From a virus (taxonomy: Duplodnaviria; Caudoviricetes), in the IMG/VR virus record IMGVR_UViG_3300044513_001811, positions 1 to 52,289 of that record: 52,289 nt of DNA. One strand, written 5' to 3'. The translations under genes were made by a program, and so were the position numbers. The notes beneath the pieces were generated by a model, which was given only the letters and a program-made list of their open reading frames with translations, was not told the origin of the DNA and did no database searches. Of this stretch, positions 49,009 to 52,289 are shown one piece after another (position 1 is the stretch's first letter; each line of letters begins with the position of its first letter).

Positions 49009-49289
49009 TATCGTGTACTCGCTACCCTTAGTAAATCTTTCTTAAGACCTTCTACATTATTGTGCAGATAATCTAAAGTCTCAGAGATCTTCTCGTGTTC
49101 CGTTGCTGTCGGACGCTTGTACATCAATTGTGGATTCTCCAGCTGGGAGATCCTCTGTTCCAGGTTCACTAATCTCTGCGACAGCACGAGGAGTAGATCC
49201 TCTGTGCTTATCTGCATATCTTGAGAGGACGGGGGACTCGTCATTTCCTCTGAGGTATCGCTCTGCTGCTTGTTGTTCGAATCCATCAC
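49008..49289 (-). CDS. Coiled-coil hypothetical protein (start uncertain: 49289, 49244 or 49217)
   Basis: LSQRLVNLEQRISQLE.P.LMYKRP.....KISETLDYLH; its stop is coupled to the next ATG. Confidence 0.75.
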   Translation of the reverse strand: MMDSNNKQQSDTSEEMTSPPSSQDMQISTEDLLLVLSQRLVNLEQRISQLENPQLMYKRPTATEHEKISETLDYLHNNVEGLKKDLLRVASTR

Positions 49290-49347
49290 AAAATGCGTCG
49301 AAGTTGTCTAAAATTTGTTGATACATGTTGATATCGGGTTTTTCCAT
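49081..49347 (-). CDS. Hypothetical protein (88 aa from ATG 49347), overlapping the next gene
   Basis: First ATG after the late promoter at 49407-49413; MYQQILDNFDAFCDGFE..AA motif. Confidence 0.6.
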   Translation of the reverse strand: MEKPDINMYQQILDNFDAFCDGFEQQAAERYLRGNDESPVLSRYADKHRGSTPRAVAEISEPGTEDLPAGESTIDVQASDSNGTREDL

Positions 49348-49406
49348 GATTTTTTCTGGCGAAAATTTTTTTCTTTTCGAGGGTTTCAAAAAACCATTTT
49401 CAGAAT

Positions 49407-49413
49407 TATTTAT
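49407..49413 (-). promoter_or_regulatory. Late promoter ATAAATA at the head of the structural operon
   Basis: tatttat overlapping the HNH stop codon. Confidence 0.6.
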
Positions 49414-49772
49414 TTCGCTTGTCTGCGCCTTGCCCAGTGTTTCATATTCTCTTGGCGAGTCACCCAACGTAAGTTATCAACGGAGTTGTTTGTCTTGTCG
49501 CTATCCTTATGGTCTACCTCGGGCAGTTCCTCAGGATTCTCAATAAGTGTTTCTGCAACCAACCTGTGAACGTAATATCGAATCTGCTTCTGAAACTTTC
49601 CGTTGTCATCGTACAGCGATACGTTGATTGCCATATACCTCCCTCCAGGGGCATCCATGCCTCCTCTGGGGTGTGGGCGTACTTCAATAATGTCCCCTTC
49701 CGTGGTCTCTCGATATGCTATGCCATCCTCTGAGATGTAGTACCGTGGGAACTTTGTGGGAAATTTTTTCAT
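49410..49772 (-). CDS. Free-standing HNH homing endonuclease (NUMOD4/HNH_3, I-HmuI-like)
   Basis: Y.IS..G N-terminus and YVHRLVAET.I.NPE.LPEVDHKD.DK.NN.VDNLRWVT..EN; extended -10 TGcTATAAT at 49797-49805. Confidence 0.92.
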   Translation of the reverse strand: MKKFPTKFPRYYISEDGIAYRETTEGDIIEVRPHPRGGMDAPGGRYMAINVSLYDDNGKFQKQIRYYVHRLVAETLIENPEELPEVDHKDSDKTNNSVDNLRWVTRQENMKHWARRRQAK

Positions 49773-49883
49773 GGCGGATTTTTTTATTTTTCAAATATTA
49801 TAGCACGAAAATATCTATGTCGCTGGGAAACGTTTGTAGCCTAGGGAAGGGGTAGGAGTCCCGCTTGGCGTTCGCCATGATAC

Positions 49884-49917
49884 AAAAAACCCCCTAGACA
49901 ACTGCCCAGGGGGGGGT
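49884..49917 (-). terminator. Rho-independent terminator closing the early small-gene cluster
   Basis: Minus strand CCCCCTGGGC-AGTT-GTCTAGGGGG followed by T6, just after the HicA-like stop. Confidence 0.8.
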
Positions 49918-49922
49918 CTGTG

Positions 49923-50099
49923 CTAGGATGCCACTGCCTCTAGGCGTCGGGCGATGAGGCGAGCGGTCTGCTGTCGTGGTCTGTAAGGTATGGTGATCTG
50001 CTCTGCTGTGCCACGTCGCCAGATCTCATGCTTGCCTCCCTTGCGATGCTCTATCCACCCGTTCACCTTTGCCAGGCGCTTGAGTTGTTTGTCGGTCAT
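49923..50099 (-). CDS. hicA: HicA-family (dsRBD-fold) mRNA interferase-like protein, 58 aa
   Basis: L.RLAK.NGW..HR.GGKHEIW......ITIP.......TAR.I.R.L fits the HicA pattern, including the catalytic His. Confidence 0.75.
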   Translation of the reverse strand: MTDKQLKRLAKVNGWIEHRKGGKHEIWRRGTAEQITIPYRPRQQTARLIARRLEAVAS

Positions 50100-50105
50100 G
50101 ATCAA

Positions 50106-50282
50106 TCAACCGAAGGTGGGCAGGCGATCGATCGCCTCTTGTGCATGGTGCTCAGCGTAGACGCCTGCGATCATGTAGGCGCTGTGTGCTGTGCCCTGTA
50201 GGGTGTTGCTGCTGACCCATCCTGTCTGACGGGTGCTGATGTCAGAGGCAAGGCGGAAGCAGGTGGGGTTGCGCTTAGTCAT
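50106..50282 (-). CDS. Small early hypothetical protein (58 aa), not in the ORF track
   Basis: MTKRNPTCFRLASDISTRQTGWVSSNTLQGTAHSAYMIAGVYAEHHAQEAIDRLPTFG; directly downstream of a conserved promoter. Confidence 0.7.
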   Translation of the reverse strand: MTKRNPTCFRLASDISTRQTGWVSSNTLQGTAHSAYMIAGVYAEHHAQEAIDRLPTFG

Positions 50283-50349
50283 GCTGTGCTGTGTTGTTGT
50301 TGGTAGTCTACAGGCAAGGGGGGCAGCAGAGACCCCCCTGGTGGACGGT

Positions 50350-50622
50350 TCAGAGATCGCCCATCATCTCATTCATCTCGTCTGCATCGATGGCGACGCT
50401 ATCCCATGCCACGCCGTCGCCAGTCTTGACAAGGTGGCGTCCGATCTGCCCATCAGTCATGCAGCGCACGAACTTATCCCAAGGGGTCTCGTTGTCGCCA
50501 CAGTACTCCACACACGCCTTAGCGGTGTTGTAAAGGAATTCATCGTTGCCAATCCAGAGGGCAGCGTTCCAGGTTTCGTAGGTTGCCCAACCGTTGTAGG
50601 TGCTGAGGGTGGAAGCGGTCAT
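50350..50622 (-). CDS. Conserved phage hypothetical protein (YNGW..YETWN..LW family)
   Basis: TYNGWATYETWNAALWIGNDE.LY and T.DGV.W motifs; has its own promoter. Confidence 0.85.
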   Translation of the reverse strand: MTASTLSTYNGWATYETWNAALWIGNDEFLYNTAKACVEYCGDNETPWDKFVRCMTDGQIGRHLVKTGDGVAWDSVAIDADEMNEMMGDL

Positions 50623-50659
50623 GATCTCGGTTCGTTTGGTATGTGTAAATTCTACAGGG

Positions 50660-50830
50660 TCAGGCGGCGATGGCAGACCCCATGTGGACAGTCTGCAGGG
50701 TGACCTCTGCCCAGTCGTATTCTTCCTTCAGTTGGGCACAGCGGGCATCGGCAGCAGACTTGCAATCCCACAGGGAGCAGTGGTCGTCGGACTCGTAGAA
50801 ATCGCCAGCGGTGACAACGTAGACTTGCAT
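50660..50830 (-). CDS. Small early hypothetical protein (56 aa from ATG 50830)
   Basis: MQVYVVTAGDFYESDDHCSLWDCKSAA...; ATG follows a promoter and an AAACGAACC leader. Confidence 0.75.
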   Translation of the reverse strand: MQVYVVTAGDFYESDDHCSLWDCKSAADARCAQLKEEYDWAEVTLQTVHMGSAIAA

Positions 50831-50871
50831 GGTTCGTTTGTGTGTTGTGTGTATCCTAGTCGGTCTGCCGC

Positions 50872-51042
50872 TCAATCGCGGTCGCTGATGTTCCAGTTGC
50901 CCGACTGGCACTCAGGGGCAGGGAAGGGGAAGGGGCGACCCTCAGCGAATGCCTTACGGTTGGCGGCAGACCGTGCCATCATGGCGTTGTGCTGTTGAGT
51001 GTAGGATGCCATGATGGCGGAGAGGTCGGGTGTTTTGTTCAT
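50872..51042 (-). CDS. Small early hypothetical protein (56 aa), not in the ORF track
   Basis: MNKTPDLSAIMASYTQQHNAMMARSAANRKAFAEGRPFPFPAPECQSGNWNISDRD; ATG 6 nt after a -10 box. Confidence 0.7.
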   Translation of the reverse strand: MNKTPDLSAIMASYTQQHNAMMARSAANRKAFAEGRPFPFPAPECQSGNWNISDRD

Positions 51043-51092
51043 GCTGTTAGTATGGCAGGTCTTGAGGCGCTTTGGGGGAAATGGTGGACAGT

Positions 51093-51308
51093 TCAGACGC
51101 CGAACACCAGATCAGCGATGGCGTTGGTGTTCGCATCGGTGCGACACCAGCGGATGGGGTCACCAGAGGGAGGGCACATCCAGATCATGCATTCCTCTCC
51201 CCACACCTGGGCGATCCTAAAGGCGTGGTTCATGTCGGTCGCCCAGTCGCAACCGTTGGGGTCAAACTTGCCCCATGCTGAGGGTTGGACTGCGATGGCG
51301 TTGGTCAT
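51093..51308 (-). CDS. Small early hypothetical protein (71 aa, Trp/Cys-rich)
   Basis: Has its own promoter and an AAACGAAACGAACC leader. Confidence 0.75.
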   Translation of the reverse strand: MTNAIAVQPSAWGKFDPNGCDWATDMNHAFRIAQVWGEECMIWMCPPSGDPIRWCRTDANTNAIADLVFGV

Positions 51309-51343
51309 GGTTCGTTTCGTTTCGATGTGATCAGTCTACAGGG

Positions 51344-51499
51344 TCAGCGGCGGATCAGGTCGCCTGCAGTGTACAGTACGTCTGCTGTCACATTGCGGAC
51401 GGGTTTGATCGGTTCCCACAGGAAGGCGAGCAGCAGAATGGCGATCATCGCTTTGAGCATGGTTGGATTGTTGGCGGTGCGCTTGAGTGCTTTGTTCAT
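51344..51499 (-). CDS. Small putative membrane protein (51 aa), not in the ORF track
   Basis: MNKALKRTANNPTMLKAMIAILLLAFLWEPIKPVRNVTADVLYTAGDLIRR, with one hydrophobic stretch; ATG 6 nt after a -10 box. Confidence 0.7.
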   Translation of the reverse strand: MNKALKRTANNPTMLKAMIAILLLAFLWEPIKPVRNVTADVLYTAGDLIRR

Positions 51500-51656
51500 G
51501 CAACCATCATACAGACCGAAGGCGTCCCCACAACCACTTGAGGGACAGTTCCCACACTGTCACCCCCTGGTGGATATATCGGGGATGATGGGGGAAAGTA
51601 GCAGACGCCATGCGATAGGGGGGGAAGTTCAATTGTACCACAGCGAAGCGGCCGCG

Positions 51657-51684
51657 ATTCTCAATAAGAAAGTCTATTGAGAAT
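51657..51684. repeat. Perfect 10-bp inverted repeat with an 8-bp spacer
   Basis: ATTCTCAATA-agaaagtc-TATTGAGAAT in a non-coding gap. Confidence 0.8.
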
Positions 51685-51707
51685 GAAGGATTGGAGGTGC
51701 TAGTCTA

Positions 51708-51881
51708 TCACTCCTCCAGCAAATGAGGGTAATATTCTTCTACCTCAGACTTCAGTTCTTCGTCTGTATAAATGTCCATATCTTTGTCCATCAAATCATG
51801 TAACAAAGCAAGGCAATCTTTGAGATCCATGCCATCAATGATTTCGTTGATGTAGGCGTCTTGGAGTTGTTCGCGGTTCAT
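51708..51881 (-). CDS. Small acidic hypothetical protein (57 aa from ATG 51881)
   Basis: MNREQLQDAYINEIIDGMDLKD...YTDEELKSEVEEYYPHLLEE; I recall the I.D.MD...EL..E....YP.LL pattern from cyanophages. Confidence 0.8.
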   Translation of the reverse strand: MNREQLQDAYINEIIDGMDLKDCLALLHDLMDKDMDIYTDEELKSEVEEYYPHLLEE

Positions 51882-51915
51882 GATTGTGTGTGAATTGTTG
51901 TTAGTTAAGCGATGC

Positions 51916-52278
51916 TCAGGACAGCAGCAGAGAGTAGGGCAGGTCACCCAACTTCATACCATTGCGAAACTCAGTCACAAAGAATTCAGTGCCATTGTAG
52001 AGGCGAATGAACCACTGATAGTTCTTTTGAAAGACACCCTCACCAGAGATGCCATGCTCACCGAGAATAGCATTGATGCGAGATTTGGTGGTGTTAGATT
52101 GCCAACCACCGTCAAACAGACGCACATAGTTCTCACCAACGTCTGCAATGTGGTTGCCGTGGAGATACACTTTAGACTCACCAGTTTCGGGGTCAAACTC
52201 TACACGGGTGTTGTCTTTAGACCAGTTGAGGTTGTTGCTGATGGCAGCATTCATCTCACGTTCGATCTTACGGGTCAT
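51916..52278 (-). CDS. Conserved phage hypothetical protein (120 aa)
   Basis: MTRKIE..M..AI.....W...NT.V, V.LHGNHIA, DGGWQS.TTKSR.NA and VFQK...W motifs. Confidence 0.85.
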   Translation of the reverse strand: MTRKIEREMNAAISNNLNWSKDNTRVEFDPETGESKVYLHGNHIADVGENYVRLFDGGWQSNTTKSRINAILGEHGISGEGVFQKNYQWFIRLYNGTEFFVTEFRNGMKLGDLPYSLLLS

Positions 52279-52289
52279 GTGAAGCGGTT

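Larger units (their letters stand above)
50305..51563 (-). promoter_or_regulatory. Six related early promoters: CTGTCCAC-like box, 29-30 nt spacer, then a -10 hexamer
   Basis: Box/-10 positions: 50341/50305 (TAGACT), 50684/50649 (TAGAAT), 50889/50853 (TAGGAT), 51084/51049 (CATACT), 51369/51333 (TAGACT) and 51541/51506 (TATGAT). Confidence 0.8.

Noticed and set aside
298-49733. Numerous 60-180 aa plus-strand and alternate-frame ORFs within the large structural genes
   Set aside because: They are shadows of strongly biased minus-strand coding sequence, with no motifs, ribosome-binding sites or promoters.
50280-51570. CRISPR array or integron attC cassette array
   Set aside because: The repeated elements are short, degenerate and positioned as promoters. 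The spacers are genes, and there is no cas gene, integrase or attC-type core site.
49800-52289. Chimeric join to host DNA suggested by the GC shift and a NotI site at 51648-51655
   Set aside because: The ORFs are phage-type, keep the same strand and share a phage early-promoter motif. A single 8-mer in GC-rich DNA is unremarkable.
1-52289. tRNA or rRNA genes
   Set aside because: Intergenic gaps are short, and none showed a cloverleaf or T-loop signature by eye.

Overview
The window is part of a T4-like cyanophage (cyanomyovirus) genome, and almost every gene is on the minus strand. In transcription order (right to left) there is first a GC-rich cluster of small early-type genes, mostly each with its own conserved promoter, that ends in an orphan HicA-like gene. 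Next comes a free-standing HNH endonuclease, then the late structural operon: PAAR spike tip, baseplate gp25, gp6, gp7 and gp8, a VrlC-like protein, two giant fibre/spike proteins, and fibrinogen-like and Gly-rich fibre proteins. An accessory cluster follows (an inverted carbamoyltransferase and two 2OG-Fe(II) oxygenases), then neck gp13/gp14, gp15 and the terminase small subunit gp16. T4-type late promoters (TAAATA) precede most structural genes. The most striking observation is four copies of a helical domain inside two virion proteins (gp7 and the 2913-aa spike protein). By eye they align with the phycobiliprotein globin fold and keep cysteines at both bilin-attachment positions of beta-phycocyanin (KCRRDIGY and PECADV motifs), suggesting the virion could carry chromophores. 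A second virion protein carries a complete type-1 copper (cupredoxin) ligand set. All family assignments come from motif recognition by eye, not from database searches.
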